A stretch of DNA of 64,000 nucleotides from Planctomycetota bacterium (GTDB lineage Bacteria > Planctomycetota > B15-G4): contig CBDFJQ010000002.1 in the NCBI GenBank assembly GCA_965248575.1, positions 3,584,001 through 3,648,000 on the forward strand. The letters run 5' to 3'. The notes under the pieces are model-generated. The model made no database searches and was not told the origin of the DNA. It worked only from the letters and a program-made list of their open reading frames with translations. Of this stretch, positions 9,611 through 18,913 are shown one piece after another. Numbering within the stretch: position 1 is the first letter of the stretch; every line of letters begins with the position of its first letter. A program made the translations under genes and the position numbers.

Positions 9611-10240
9611 CTAGATCTTGGTGCGCCGGCTGACTGCGCTGACCAAGGAGACCTTGGCGCGCCTGAACAGCTCCCGGGCCGCACCTTCGGTGGGGCGATT
9701 CATCTGCTCGGCGACCCACGCCCAGCTGCCTTTGGCGTACAGGCGCAGCAGGATCACTTCGCGGTAGTCCTCGCTGAGCTCGCTGATGCAGGCTTCCATG
9801 ATGCGCTTGAGTTCTTCGGTCTCGACCTGATCGATGGGCAGGTCGACGTTGTCAGGCGGATCGAAGATGAGCGTCCCGCTCGCCATGGCATTGCGAACGT
9901 GGACGAATGCCCGCTCCCGGCGCTTGTCCCGCTTTTGCGCGTGGTGGTAGTCGACCGCTTCCTTGATCTTGTGCTCGGCCAGTTTCGCGAGCCAGTTGAT
10001 GAGGCTCGATTCGTTGCGCATCTCGAACCGCTCAAAGGTCTTCACCGCAGCGATGAAGGTCTCCTGGACGAGGTCTTCCAGTTCGAGATAGCTGCGAACC
10101 CGGGGGCCGGTACGCATGCGGACGATCTGCAGCACGCGCGAGTAGTATCGTTCGAACAGACGGTTGTAGGCGTCGAGGTCACCATCCTGGGCGCGGTCCA
10201 CCAACTCGAACGACTGGGTGAGTTCCGGTTCGCGGTCCAT
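9611..10240 (-). CDS. ECF (sigma-70 group 4) RNA polymerase sigma factor
   Basis: AQDGDLDAYNRLFERY, EDLVQETF, NWL (region 2); LSEDYREVILLR...VAEQM (region 4). Confidence 0.9.
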   Translation of the reverse strand: MDREPELTQSFELVDRAQDGDLDAYNRLFERYYSRVLQIVRMRTGPRVRSYLELEDLVQETFIAAVKTFERFEMRNESSLINWLAKLAEHKIKEAVDYHHAQKRDKRRERAFVHVRNAMASGTLIFDPPDNVDLPIDQVETEELKRIMEACISELSEDYREVILLRLYAKGSWAWVAEQMNRPTEGAARELFRRAKVSLVSAVSRRTKI

Positions 10241-10257
10241 GCTGTCCTCGGTTGGCG

Positions 10258-11124
10258 TCAGTTCCTGCGGCTGATCATGTCCGCCAACAGGCCTACCAAT
10301 CCTACCTGCAATGCCGAGGCCAGAATCGTGGCGGTGACATCGCCCAGGTCGCCTTGAACGACTTGGATGGTTCCGACAGTGAGGCCGGTGACCAGAAGCA
10401 GCATGGTGACAGGCAAGAAGATCTTCAGGGGTTCGAAGAACGCGCTGACACGCAGGATGAGCACAAGGAAGTTGAAGGTGTCGTAGATGGGGCGGATCTT
10501 GCTGTTGCCGGTCCGGTGGTGGTAGTCGATGGGCACGAAGACCACGTGGTGCCCGCGGGCCAGCAAGGCCATGAGCGTGGTGGTGGTGAAGCTGAACCCG
10601 TCACTCACCAGGTTGAAGCGCTGCACGATGGGCGCCTTGCGCATGACACGCAGCCCCGAGTTGAGGTCGGGGATGGGGTGCCCGGAGAGGTAGTTGGCCA
10701 GGGCTCGCAAGAAGGCCTTGGCGGGCCGGCGGATGAGGGGGATGTGGACGTTGGTGCCGGTGCGGGAGCCCACCACCATGTCGGCGTTCTCGTCGAGCAG
10801 CCGCTGATAGAGCTCGGGCAGACGCTGATTGGGGTAGGTGCCGTCGGCATCGGTGATGGCGACCACGTCCGCCAAGGCGGAGTTGATGCCCGATTTGAGC
10901 GAGGCCCCGTAACCGCGATTCCGCTCATGGACGAGCAGGCGCACGGCGGGCAGCTCCTCGACCAGCTGGCGAACCTGCTCCGAGGTGCCGTCGGTGCTCC
11001 CATCGTCGACGACCACGATTTCGTGCTCGATCCCCGAAGAAGCCATGGTGGACGCCAGCTCTTCCAAGGTGGGGCGGATGGCCCCTGCCTCGTTGTAGGC
11101 CGGAATGACGATGGATAGTTGCAT
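10258..11124 (-). CDS. Glycosyltransferase family 2 (DPM-synthase-like) with C-terminal TM helices
   Basis: LSIVIPAYNE, VVDDGSTDGT, NRGYG, ITDADGTY, DLNSGLR; start MQLS at 11124. Confidence 0.92.
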   Translation of the reverse strand: MQLSIVIPAYNEAGAIRPTLEELASTMASSGIEHEIVVVDDGSTDGTSEQVRQLVEELPAVRLLVHERNRGYGASLKSGINSALADVVAITDADGTYPNQRLPELYQRLLDENADMVVGSRTGTNVHIPLIRRPAKAFLRALANYLSGHPIPDLNSGLRVMRKAPIVQRFNLVSDGFSFTTTTLMALLARGHHVVFVPIDYHHRTGNSKIRPIYDTFNFLVLILRVSAFFEPLKIFLPVTMLLLVTGLTVGTIQVVQGDLGDVTATILASALQVGLVGLLADMISRRN

Positions 11125-11285
11125 GCTGCTCTCCGCTGGGCGGATCTTAGGACACCGTCCGCCGCGGTTCACCGCGCTATCCTGGACGCGCCGAAAGAAG
11201 ATCGCTCACCACCCTCTGGGAACACGGCGGCAAGCGGGCTCGTCCAAGCCGTCCCGCCGCAGTTTCCCTTACCCTGGGCTGCCCC

Positions 11286-12839
11286 ATGGCACCTCGTCGA
11301 ATCCACTCCAACCGCCGCTCGGAGCAGGGGCTGTCCTTGCTCCTGGCGATGCTCGTGCTGTTTGTGGTGCTGATCGTGGTGTTCCAGACGTCCAGCCTGT
11401 CCATCAGCGAGCTGGACAAGGCTTCGTACTACGTGGCCAACACTCAGATGAACTTCCTGGCGGAGGCCTGTGCCGTGCAGGCGGGCTCGGTCCTGCTGAT
11501 GGACGTCGAGGAGCGGGAGGAAGAGGGCGGCGGCGCTGGGGCGCTCGGGGCCGGTGGCCTCGGTGCTGGCGGTGGCGAGGACGAAGGCGGCGACACGGCC
11601 GCCCAGGTCACCATGAACACCGACAGCTTCCTGGACGAGTGGATGAACCCCTCGGCCCTGGCTCCCCCCATGGGGGAAGGGCTCACGGTGTTCGTAGAGA
11701 TCCAGGACGAGGACTCCAAGATCAACCTGCTGGGCCTTTGGACCGAGGATGAGGACAAGCGCGAAGAGTGGCGGGAGGTCTTCACGCGCCTGCTGGACAA
11801 GGCCTTCGAGGGCACCAGCCTCGACTTCTCGGCCATCGATGTGTCGGACATCCTGGACGACTTGGATGACTGGGTGAAGGGGCAGCGGAACCGGTTCCGG
11901 GAGCCGCCCCTGCCCCCCTTGAAGAAGAGCCGGGCCCAGGATGAGGCTGAGGGTGACAGCGAGCTCGATACGGACATCATCGAGAACGACGAGGTGCACT
12001 TCCCCCTCACGCTGCCGGAGCTGAGCCTGATCGAGGGCATCACCCCACAGCACCTCTGGGGCTTCATCGAGGACGATGTTCATTACCCCGGTCTGATGAC
12101 CTACCTCACGATCTGGAGCGAACTGGAGCTGAAGGACCCTTCCAAGGAAGAGGAGGAGGAGTTCGCGGACAGCCCCTTCGCCGGATCCGTCTTCGATGAC
12201 GAACTGAACAGTGAGGATGATGAGATCCCGCCGGAGGATTTGGAGATCTCAGCCAAGCAGACGGCGGGCGGCCGGGTGAATGCCAACACCGCCTCGCTGG
12301 TGGTCCTCCAGGCCCTGGCCCCCGAGGAGATCCCGGTGGCCTTCCTGGAGCGGGTGATCGAGTTCCGGGAACGAATTCGGGAGCTGAGGGCCGAATACGA
12401 GGACAACGTCGGGAGCTCCACCGAGGGCTCCGTCTTCGGCGATTCCGAGGAAGGAGACGAGGACGACGAGGAGAACGACCCGGCCCACTACGTCTTCCAG
12501 ACCGAGGACGAGGTGTTCTCGAAGGTGGAGGCGGAATGGGAGCTTTCCGTCTTCTCTGACGACGAGCAGAAGTCGCTTTTCGTCTCCCGCTTGGGGGTGA
12601 TCAGCAACGTCTTCACGATCAAGGTCCTGGTCCAGGACGAGGAGGCTGGCCGGCGGGCGAGCTACCGCACGGTGGTCTGGCGCATGGAAAGCGACGGTGA
12701 GGACCCCCGGATCGTGACCCTGCTGCCTCTGGAGCCGATCGCCGAGAGCCGGCGCCTCAGCGATTTTCCCGAGGACATCGAGGAGCATGCGGATCGCCGC
12801 TTCGATCGCTCGGATGGCACCCGCTTCGATCTGAACTGA
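11286..12839 (+). CDS. gspK: Type II secretion system minor pseudopilin GspK-like protein, very acidic
   Basis: Prepilin site RSEQG|LSLLLAMLVL without Glu5 (a GspK trait); IQDEDSKINL, ELSLIEGIT, RVNANTAS..VLQAL. Confidence 0.78.
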   Translation: MAPRRIHSNRRSEQGLSLLLAMLVLFVVLIVVFQTSSLSISELDKASYYVANTQMNFLAEACAVQAGSVLLMDVEEREEEGGGAGALGAGGLGAGGGEDEGGDTAAQVTMNTDSFLDEWMNPSALAPPMGEGLTVFVEIQDEDSKINLLGLWTEDEDKREEWREVFTRLLDKAFEGTSLDFSAIDVSDILDDLDDWVKGQRNRFREPPLPPLKKSRAQDEAEGDSELDTDIIENDEVHFPLTLPELSLIEGITPQHLWGFIEDDVHYPGLMTYLTIWSELELKDPSKEEEEEFADSPFAGSVFDDELNSEDDEIPPEDLEISAKQTAGGRVNANTASLVVLQALAPEEIPVAFLERVIEFRERIRELRAEYEDNVGSSTEGSVFGDSEEGDEDDEENDPAHYVFQTEDEVFSKVEAEWELSVFSDDEQKSLFVSRLGVISNVFTIKVLVQDEEAGRRASYRTVVWRMESDGEDPRIVTLLPLEPIAESRRLSDFPEDIEEHADRRFDRSDGTRFDLN

Positions 12840-12926
12840 TCCTGCTGCCGGATGGCCCAGCTGGAGGCCCCGGCCGAGGCCCTCGAGCCCCCCCCCAAAC
12901 GACCTATCGATGAGGGTTGGTGCGTG

Positions 12927-12956
12927 TTGACCCCAGAACACCCATGGGACTATGGT
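12927..12956 (+). promoter_or_regulatory. Candidate sigma-70 promoter for the aroF-rpoZ operon
   Basis: TTGACC(12927-12932)-N18-TATGGT(12951-12956), about 50 nt before the proposed TTG start. Confidence 0.45.
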
Positions 12957-13005
12957 GTGGGGCTCTTTTGTGGGCTGGAAAGCCCAATCCCGGGGTGCGG
13001 TCACC

Positions 13006-14142
13006 TTGCTCATCCTGCTGAAAACGGACCTGACGGCTCCCGCTCGCGCCGACGTGCTGAACGCACTTCGGGCGCTCGGACTCACGGTGGAAGAAGCCCC
13101 TCTGCCGGGTCGTTGCGCGTACGTCGTGACCCACGGTCCGAACGGATCGGATGGGCGGGCTCAAGGCTTGTCCGCCGATAGCCTGCTGCGGGTTCCCGGT
13201 GTGGACAAGGTCGTGCCGCTTGAGGATGGCAAGGCTCCTTTGGTGCACGCCACACTGACCGATGGGCCGCGGGCGATCCAGTTGGGTGCGGCGCGCTTCG
13301 GCGGCGGTTCCCTGGGCATCATCGCCGGGCCCTGCACGGTGGAATCGCGGGACGATTTGCTCAGCACGGCGCGGCTCGTTGCGAGCGCTGGCGCTGCGGT
13401 GTTGCGCGGCGGTGTGTTCAAGGTGCGGACGTCGCCCCACAGTTATCAGGGCGGTGGCGTGGAAGCCCTGGAGCTGCTGCAAGAAGCCTCCAAGGAAACG
13501 GGCCTGCCGTTTTTCACTGAGTTGAATGACCCACGCCAGGTGGAGTCGGTGGGCGAGCGCCTGGACGGTGTGCAGATCGGCGCGCGCCACATGCAGAACT
13601 TTCCGCTGCTGCAAGAGGTGGCGCTCTTGGGCAAGCCGGTGCTGCTGAAGCGGCACATGGCAGCGGATGTGGACGAGTGGTTGCTCGCCGCCGAGTACAT
13701 CCTGGCAGCAGGCAACGACCAGGTGATCCTGTGCGAGAGAGGCGTCAAGAGCACCGGGCGCCACGTGCGTTCCATGCTCGATCTGGGCGTGATTCCCTAC
13801 CTGAAACGCCGTGTGGGCTTGCCGGTGATCGTCGACCCGAGCCACGCAGCCGGGCACCATGAGTTGGTGCCAGACCTGGCACGCGCTGCCGTGGCGGCAG
13901 GTGCGGACGGCCTGATCATCGAAGTGCACCCGCGGCCGGAAGTGACGCAGTGCGATGCGCTCCAGGCCCTGCCGCCCAAGGAGTTTGCGGCGCTCATGGG
14001 TGATGTACGTCAGCTGGCGGCCATGAGCGGGCGTAGCGTTTCGGGTGCGGTGCGCGCTGTGCGCACGGCCGGAGACGATTTGGTCGTTGATGACCAACTG
14101 CCGCGAGACCTTCCAAACCAGAACCGATCGGTGGGGGCATAG
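13006..14142 (+). CDS. aroF: DAHP synthase, class I-beta, with N-terminal ACT-like domain
   Basis: IAGPCTVES, RGGVFKVRTSPHSYQG, QIGARHMQNF, KPVLLKR, ILCERG, DPSH, IEVHP. Start set to TTG 13006 (uncertain). Confidence 0.9.
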   Translation: MLILLKTDLTAPARADVLNALRALGLTVEEAPLPGRCAYVVTHGPNGSDGRAQGLSADSLLRVPGVDKVVPLEDGKAPLVHATLTDGPRAIQLGAARFGGGSLGIIAGPCTVESRDDLLSTARLVASAGAAVLRGGVFKVRTSPHSYQGGGVEALELLQEASKETGLPFFTELNDPRQVESVGERLDGVQIGARHMQNFPLLQEVALLGKPVLLKRHMAADVDEWLLAAEYILAAGNDQVILCERGVKSTGRHVRSMLDLGVIPYLKRRVGLPVIVDPSHAAGHHELVPDLARAAVAAGADGLIIEVHPRPEVTQCDALQALPPKEFAALMGDVRQLAAMSGRSVSGAVRAVRTAGDDLVVDDQLPRDLPNQNRSVGA

Positions 14143-14146
14143 CGTC

Positions 14147-14905
14147 ATGCGGCGTCCATTCATTGCAGGCAACTGGAAGATGCACTTGGACAAGGAGGCG
14201 ATCACGGCCTTCTGCGACTCGCTGCGGGCGAATGGCGCGTCGAACGGCGATGTCACCGTGGGGGTTTTCCCGCCCTTCGTGTATCTGGCCCAGGTCGTCG
14301 ATGCCCTCGCGGGAACGGGCATCGTGGTGGGCGCGCAAACGTGCCGGCCCGAGGCCAAGGGCGCGTTCACGGGCGAAGTGGCCGCGGTCCAGGTCAAGGA
14401 TGTGGGCGCGACCCACGTGCTCGTTGGGCACAGCGAACGCAGGCACGTCATGGGCGAGACGGATGCCGACGTGCGTGCACGCCTGGACGCCGCGCTGGCC
14501 TGTGGTCTGGATGTCGTGCTGTGTGTGGGCGAGACCATCGAGGAGCGCCAGGCGGAACGCACCGCTGAGGTGGTGCTCTCCCAGCTGGATGCGGGCACGA
14601 CAGGCTTGGCGGGTGAGACACTCGCCCGTCGGGTCACCGTCGCCTACGAGCCCGTCTGGGCCATCGGCACGGGGCTCACGGCAACGCCAGAACAAGCACA
14701 AGACGTTCACGCGCTCATCCGCGGCCGCATGGCCGAAAGCTTCGGCAGCGAGATCGCCGAGCGCGTCATCATTCAATACGGCGGCAGCGTCAAGCCGGAC
14801 AATGTGGCTTCCCTCATGAGCTGTCCCGATGTGGACGGAGCGCTCGTGGGCGGGGCTTCACTGGCCCACGACTCATTCGCCGCCCTTACCGATTTCAACC
14901 AGTAG
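14147..14905 (+). CDS. tpiA: Triosephosphate isomerase
   Basis: IAGNWKM, GHSERR, AYEPVWAIGTG, YGGSVKP, DGALVGGASL. Confidence 0.98.
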   Translation: MRRPFIAGNWKMHLDKEAITAFCDSLRANGASNGDVTVGVFPPFVYLAQVVDALAGTGIVVGAQTCRPEAKGAFTGEVAAVQVKDVGATHVLVGHSERRHVMGETDADVRARLDAALACGLDVVLCVGETIEERQAERTAEVVLSQLDAGTTGLAGETLARRVTVAYEPVWAIGTGLTATPEQAQDVHALIRGRMAESFGSEIAERVIIQYGGSVKPDNVASLMSCPDVDGALVGGASLAHDSFAALTDFNQ

Positions 14906-14922
14906 TTCTCGGAGAGACCAAG

Positions 14923-15291
14923 GTGTTCGAAAGCATCCTTTGGATCGTGTTCACGGTCATCGCGATCATCGTGTCCGGCATCATCTTGCTGCAGGAAGGC
15001 AAGGGCGGTGGGCTCGGTGAGGCCTTTGGCGGAGCGGGCCAACAGACCTTCGGCGTGAAGGCCCAGGGCATCGCCAAGTTCACGGGTTATATGGCGGGCG
15101 CGCTCGTGGTGATCGCGCTTGTGATTTCGAAGATCCGCTCAGATGACACCGTCTTCGTGGGGCTGGACTCCACGGCGCCGACGCTGCCCATCTCGGATCC
15201 CACCAGCATTCCGTCGGGTTCCGCGCCTGACACGGCACCGGCACCGGCGACGACACCGGCGACGGGCTCCGAAGGGGGCGACTCCAAGTGA
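14923..15291 (+). CDS. secG: Preprotein translocase subunit SecG
   Basis: Two TM helices flanking ILLQEGKGGGLGEAFGG; usual position after tpiA. Confidence 0.93.
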   Translation: MFESILWIVFTVIAIIVSGIILLQEGKGGGLGEAFGGAGQQTFGVKAQGIAKFTGYMAGALVVIALVISKIRSDDTVFVGLDSTAPTLPISDPTSIPSGSAPDTAPAPATTPATGSEGGDSK

Positions 15292-15890
15292 CCGCTGCGG
15301 ACCTCGATGTGGCCAACGCCACCGAAGCCCGCCTGAAGAAGGTGGGCGCCTTGCTGGAGGGGCACTTCCAGCTGACGTCCGGCTTGCACAGCAACCGCTA
15401 CGTGCAGTGCGCCAAACTCCTGTCGCACCCCGTTGAGGCGGAGGCTGTCTGCAAGGCACTCGCCGCGCGCTTCGCCGATGTGACGGTGGATATCGTGCTG
15501 GGTCCGGCCTTGGGCGGCGTGGTTGTCGCCCACGAGGTGGCCCGCGCCCTGGGGACTCCGGCCCTGTTCAGTGAGCGCAAGGACGGCGAGATGCTGCTGC
15601 GCCGGGGGTTCAGCATTCCGACGGGCGCCAAGGTGCTCATCGTCGAGGATGTGGTGACCACAGGCGGTTCGGTGAAGGAGGTCCTGCAGCTGGTGCGTGA
15701 CGCGGGCGGCGAGATCGTCGGTGTTGGCAGCATTGTCCAGCGCGCGCCGAGCTCGCCCTTCGATGTGCGCTATGAATCGCTGCTCGCGTTGCAGGTGACA
15801 GCCTGGGACCCGGGTGAATGCCCGCTTTGCGCCGAGGGATCCTCGGCCGTGAAGCCGGGCAGCCGGCCCGGAACTTCTTCGGGGAGCTGA
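15288..15890 (+). CDS. pyrE: Orotate phosphoribosyltransferase
   Basis: GHFQLTSGLHS, GPALGG, PRPP-binding loop VLIVEDVVTTGGS. Confidence 0.95.
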   Translation: MTAADLDVANATEARLKKVGALLEGHFQLTSGLHSNRYVQCAKLLSHPVEAEAVCKALAARFADVTVDIVLGPALGGVVVAHEVARALGTPALFSERKDGEMLLRRGFSIPTGAKVLIVEDVVTTGGSVKEVLQLVRDAGGEIVGVGSIVQRAPSSPFDVRYESLLALQVTAWDPGECPLCAEGSSAVKPGSRPGTSSGS

Positions 15891-15891
15891 C

Positions 15892-16773
15892 TTGGCGTTG
15901 CGCAGCATGACGGGTTACGGGCGGTCTGAGCACGAGGCGGGAGGTCTCGGTGTCGAGGCTGAGATCCGCTCCGTGAATGGTCGCCACCTGTCTGTGCGCA
16001 ACCGCTTGCCGGCCGAATGGATCCGCCTCGAACCGCGGGTCGAGAAGCTGGTCAGGGCTGCGGTGAGCCGTGGTGCTGTGGAGGCGGTGGTACGCATCCG
16101 CTTTGCATCCCAGGCGCGCAAGCCCCAGATCGACGAGACGGTGCTCGCTGTCTATCAAAAGGCCCTGGACCGTATGGGCGGCGGAGACGCCTCGAACCTG
16201 TTGCGGCTCCCGGGTGTGATCACCTTGGGTGAGCCCAGCGTGTCGGTGCGGGCACTCGAACGGGCGGTGACGGCAGCCATGAAGGAAGCCTTGGCCGCCC
16301 TGGTCGCCAGCCGAGAGGGTGAGGGGCAACGCCTGACCAAGGTGCTCGAACGGGAAATGCAGGCGCTGCGTCGGCACCTGGCGGTGGTGAAGCGCCGGAT
16401 CCCTGCAGCCCGCACCCGGCAGCACGAGGCCCTGCGTCGTCGGCTTGAGGCACTCCTGGGAACGACCCCTGCCGGGCGAGCTGTGGAGCTGGATCGCAAG
16501 GATCCGACCCTGATGCGGGAGCTGGCAGCCTTGGCCGACCGCAGCGATGTCACCGAAGAGGTGGATCGCCTGGAGAGCCACATCGAGGCCTTCGATTCGT
16601 CCATCGCTCGCGGTGGAGCCGTCGGGCGGGAGCTGGACTTCCAGCTGCAAGAGATGGGGCGCGAGGTGAACACCCTCGGTTCCAAGTCCGCGGACACCGC
16701 CCTCAGTGAACGCGTCGTGCGCCTCAAGGGCTGTATCGAGCGCTTGCGTGAACAGGCGGCGAACATCGAATGA
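15892..16773 (+). CDS. yicC: YicC/YloC family endoribonuclease
   Basis: SMTGYG, EIRSVNGR, DVTEEVDRLESH, GRELDF..QEMGREVNTLGSK, REQAANIE. Confidence 0.95.
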   Translation: MALRSMTGYGRSEHEAGGLGVEAEIRSVNGRHLSVRNRLPAEWIRLEPRVEKLVRAAVSRGAVEAVVRIRFASQARKPQIDETVLAVYQKALDRMGGGDASNLLRLPGVITLGEPSVSVRALERAVTAAMKEALAALVASREGEGQRLTKVLEREMQALRRHLAVVKRRIPAARTRQHEALRRRLEALLGTTPAGRAVELDRKDPTLMRELAALADRSDVTEEVDRLESHIEAFDSSIARGGAVGRELDFQLQEMGREVNTLGSKSADTALSERVVRLKGCIERLREQAANIE

Positions 16774-17393
16774 CGAGCCGCGGCGGACAACTGCTCATCA
16801 TTTCGGGGCCGAGCGGCTCCGGAAAGACCAGCATCATCGAGCGGCTGCGCAAGCACCCGCTGGTGAAGGTGTCCGTCAGCGTCGCGACCCGTGTCCCGCG
16901 CGAGAACGAACAGAACGGCCGGGACTACACCTTTGTCAGCCGCGACGAGTTCGTCGAGATGAAAGAGCAGGGGCTCTTCGTGGAGACGAATGACGTCTTC
17001 ACCAACGGCAATCTCTATGGCTCGCTGCGCAGCGAGTTGGATGCCGCCCTGGCTGAAGATCACGTCTGCTACATCATGGAAGTGGACGTGGTCGGCGCGC
17101 GCAACATTCGCACCAGCGGCTACACCGGCACGCACCTGTTCATCGCACCGCCTTCGGGCGAGGTGCTGGAGACGCGCTTGCGTCGCCGCGGCACGGACGA
17201 TGAGACGGCGATCGCCGCGCGCCTCGGCCGCGCGGCTGAAGAGCGGCGTCTGGCAGAAGAGGATGGGGCCACCATCGTGATCAACGATGAGTTGGATGCC
17301 GCCGTCACGCACATCTTGAATCTGGTTGGGCTCTCAGGCCCCACGAAACAACGGGCCAACGCGGCCCCAAACGACACTCCCAGCACTCATTAG
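16770..17393 (+). CDS. gmk: Guanylate kinase
   Basis: ISGPSGSGKT, SVSVATR.PR..E.NGRDY.FV, FIAPPS...LETRLRRRGTD. Confidence 0.95.
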   Translation: MTSRGGQLLIISGPSGSGKTSIIERLRKHPLVKVSVSVATRVPRENEQNGRDYTFVSRDEFVEMKEQGLFVETNDVFTNGNLYGSLRSELDAALAEDHVCYIMEVDVVGARNIRTSGYTGTHLFIAPPSGEVLETRLRRRGTDDETAIAARLGRAAEERRLAEEDGATIVINDELDAAVTHILNLVGLSGPTKQRANAAPNDTPSTH

Positions 17394-17405
17394 AGGACGC
17401 CCATC

Positions 17406-17774
17406 ATGGACCGCACCAAGGTCATGCATTTGGCAGACCAGGCCGGTGGCCTGTTTCGTCTCACGGTTCTGTTGCAGAAGCGTGTTCGCGAGCTCGTCGG
17501 CGGAGCGCCCAAGCTCGTCGAGATCAACGACACGAACCCGATCAACATCGCCATGGCCGAGGTCGAGGCCGGCGCCATCGAGTTGGTGGACCTCTCCGAT
17601 CAGGAGCTGAAGGCCCTGGAAGCCCAGAGCCAGATCGCCACCGAGGAGGCGGAGATCCTGGAGGCACTGCGCACGCGCGTGAACACAGGTGCGTCGGAAG
17701 CGAGCGAGGCTGCAGCAGCCGCTGCTCCGGCGGCTGCCAAGCCCGCCAAGAGCAAGGACGAAGAGAAGGCCTGA
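17406..17774 (+). CDS. rpoZ: RNA polymerase omega subunit
   Basis: GGLFRLTVLLQKRVREL..GA..LV...NPINIAMAEV; follows gmk. Confidence 0.85.
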   Translation: MDRTKVMHLADQAGGLFRLTVLLQKRVRELVGGAPKLVEINDTNPINIAMAEVEAGAIELVDLSDQELKALEAQSQIATEEAEILEALRTRVNTGASEASEAAAAAAPAAAKPAKSKDEEKA

Positions 17775-17779
17775 GTCGC

Positions 17780-18841
17780 TCAGTCCGTCCCGGCAGTCGT
17801 GACAGCCTGTTGGGCGTAGTCCGCGAGGACGTTCCGCTCCTTGAGGCGCACCGCGCAGAAGCGGGTGCCCAGGAGCGAGCGTCCTTCGTCACCTGAACGG
17901 GCGCTGACCACCTCCACCAGAGGCAGTGCGGCCAGGCATCCGTTGGGGTCCGTGAGCACGAGATAGAAATGGTCGCCCTTGCGGCCGTCGTGCTCCACGA
18001 GCAGGCGGGCTCCGTCGCACGAAAAGTCCTCGATCACGACGGGCTGTCGGCGGGGCCAGGCTTCCAGCTTCTCAAGCGCTGAGCAGTCCAGGGGTTCGCC
18101 GTCCTGGAGTCGACCGCGCAGCGTGTAGGCCCCGGCCGTGGTGGGCAGGGTCCAGGCTTCGATCCGGCATTCCTTGCGCGTAGCTCTCCGACGGTCAAGG
18201 CCGTTGATCTGGAAGTCGAGGCTGACGACCCATTCACGGTTGCCGGGCATGGGGCGCAGCTTGAGGGTGGCGACGAGCGGTTCGGAGCGCTTCTCCGTGC
18301 GTTCGAGGTTCATCTCATTGCGGACCGCCCACGGGCACTCCGAGCTGCTGATCAGATGCAGGTTCGCGTCGTCTATCTGCACGACGTAGGCCTCGAGCGG
18401 GCTGCCGCCCTCCGAGACGCTGCTCAGCAGCACCTTCTCGAACAAGAGGGGTGCATCCTCGAAAGCCGGGTCCCGGACCCGAAGTTCGTCCATGAACTTC
18501 GCGGCCTTCTCGGCGAACTCCGCGGCAGCCTCGGCGTGCCGGAAGGAGGCGAGCTCACGGGTGAGGCGGGCACGAACGGAGTCCGTCGAGCGCAGCATGT
18601 CGCGGGCGGCATCGGGGCCCTCCCGCCACAAGACATTGGCCAGGAAGTCCGCAGATCCTTCGGACAGACCTCGACCACGCGCCTCAAGGGCGACTGCTTG
18701 CCTCAGCTGAAGGCGCTTCAGCCAGGCAAGACCGATCCCCGTGAGGGCCACTGCTCCGCCGAGGACCGCGAGGTCCTTCACGAACTGGAGACTGGCTACC
18801 GCACCGGGAAAGAGATTGATGAGCGTATCGAGGACCGCCAC
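17780..18841 (-). CDS. Membrane-anchored PilZ-domain (YcgR-like) protein
   Basis: N-terminal TM helix; C-terminal RRRATR (RxxxR) and DFSCDG (D/NxSxxG), ending in LGTRF. GTG 18841 follows AAGGA. Confidence 0.6.
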   Translation of the reverse strand: MAVLDTLINLFPGAVASLQFVKDLAVLGGAVALTGIGLAWLKRLQLRQAVALEARGRGLSEGSADFLANVLWREGPDAARDMLRSTDSVRARLTRELASFRHAEAAAEFAEKAAKFMDELRVRDPAFEDAPLLFEKVLLSSVSEGGSPLEAYVVQIDDANLHLISSSECPWAVRNEMNLERTEKRSEPLVATLKLRPMPGNREWVVSLDFQINGLDRRRATRKECRIEAWTLPTTAGAYTLRGRLQDGEPLDCSALEKLEAWPRRQPVVIEDFSCDGARLLVEHDGRKGDHFYLVLTDPNGCLAALPLVEVVSARSGDEGRSLLGTRFCAVRLKERNVLADYAQQAVTTAGTD

Positions 18842-18913
18842 GATGTCCTTTCTCGACTCGTGCGGCTCGGTCCTTGAGCCAGCTCGGGGCGATCGGTTGG
18901 GAGCCATGGCGGT

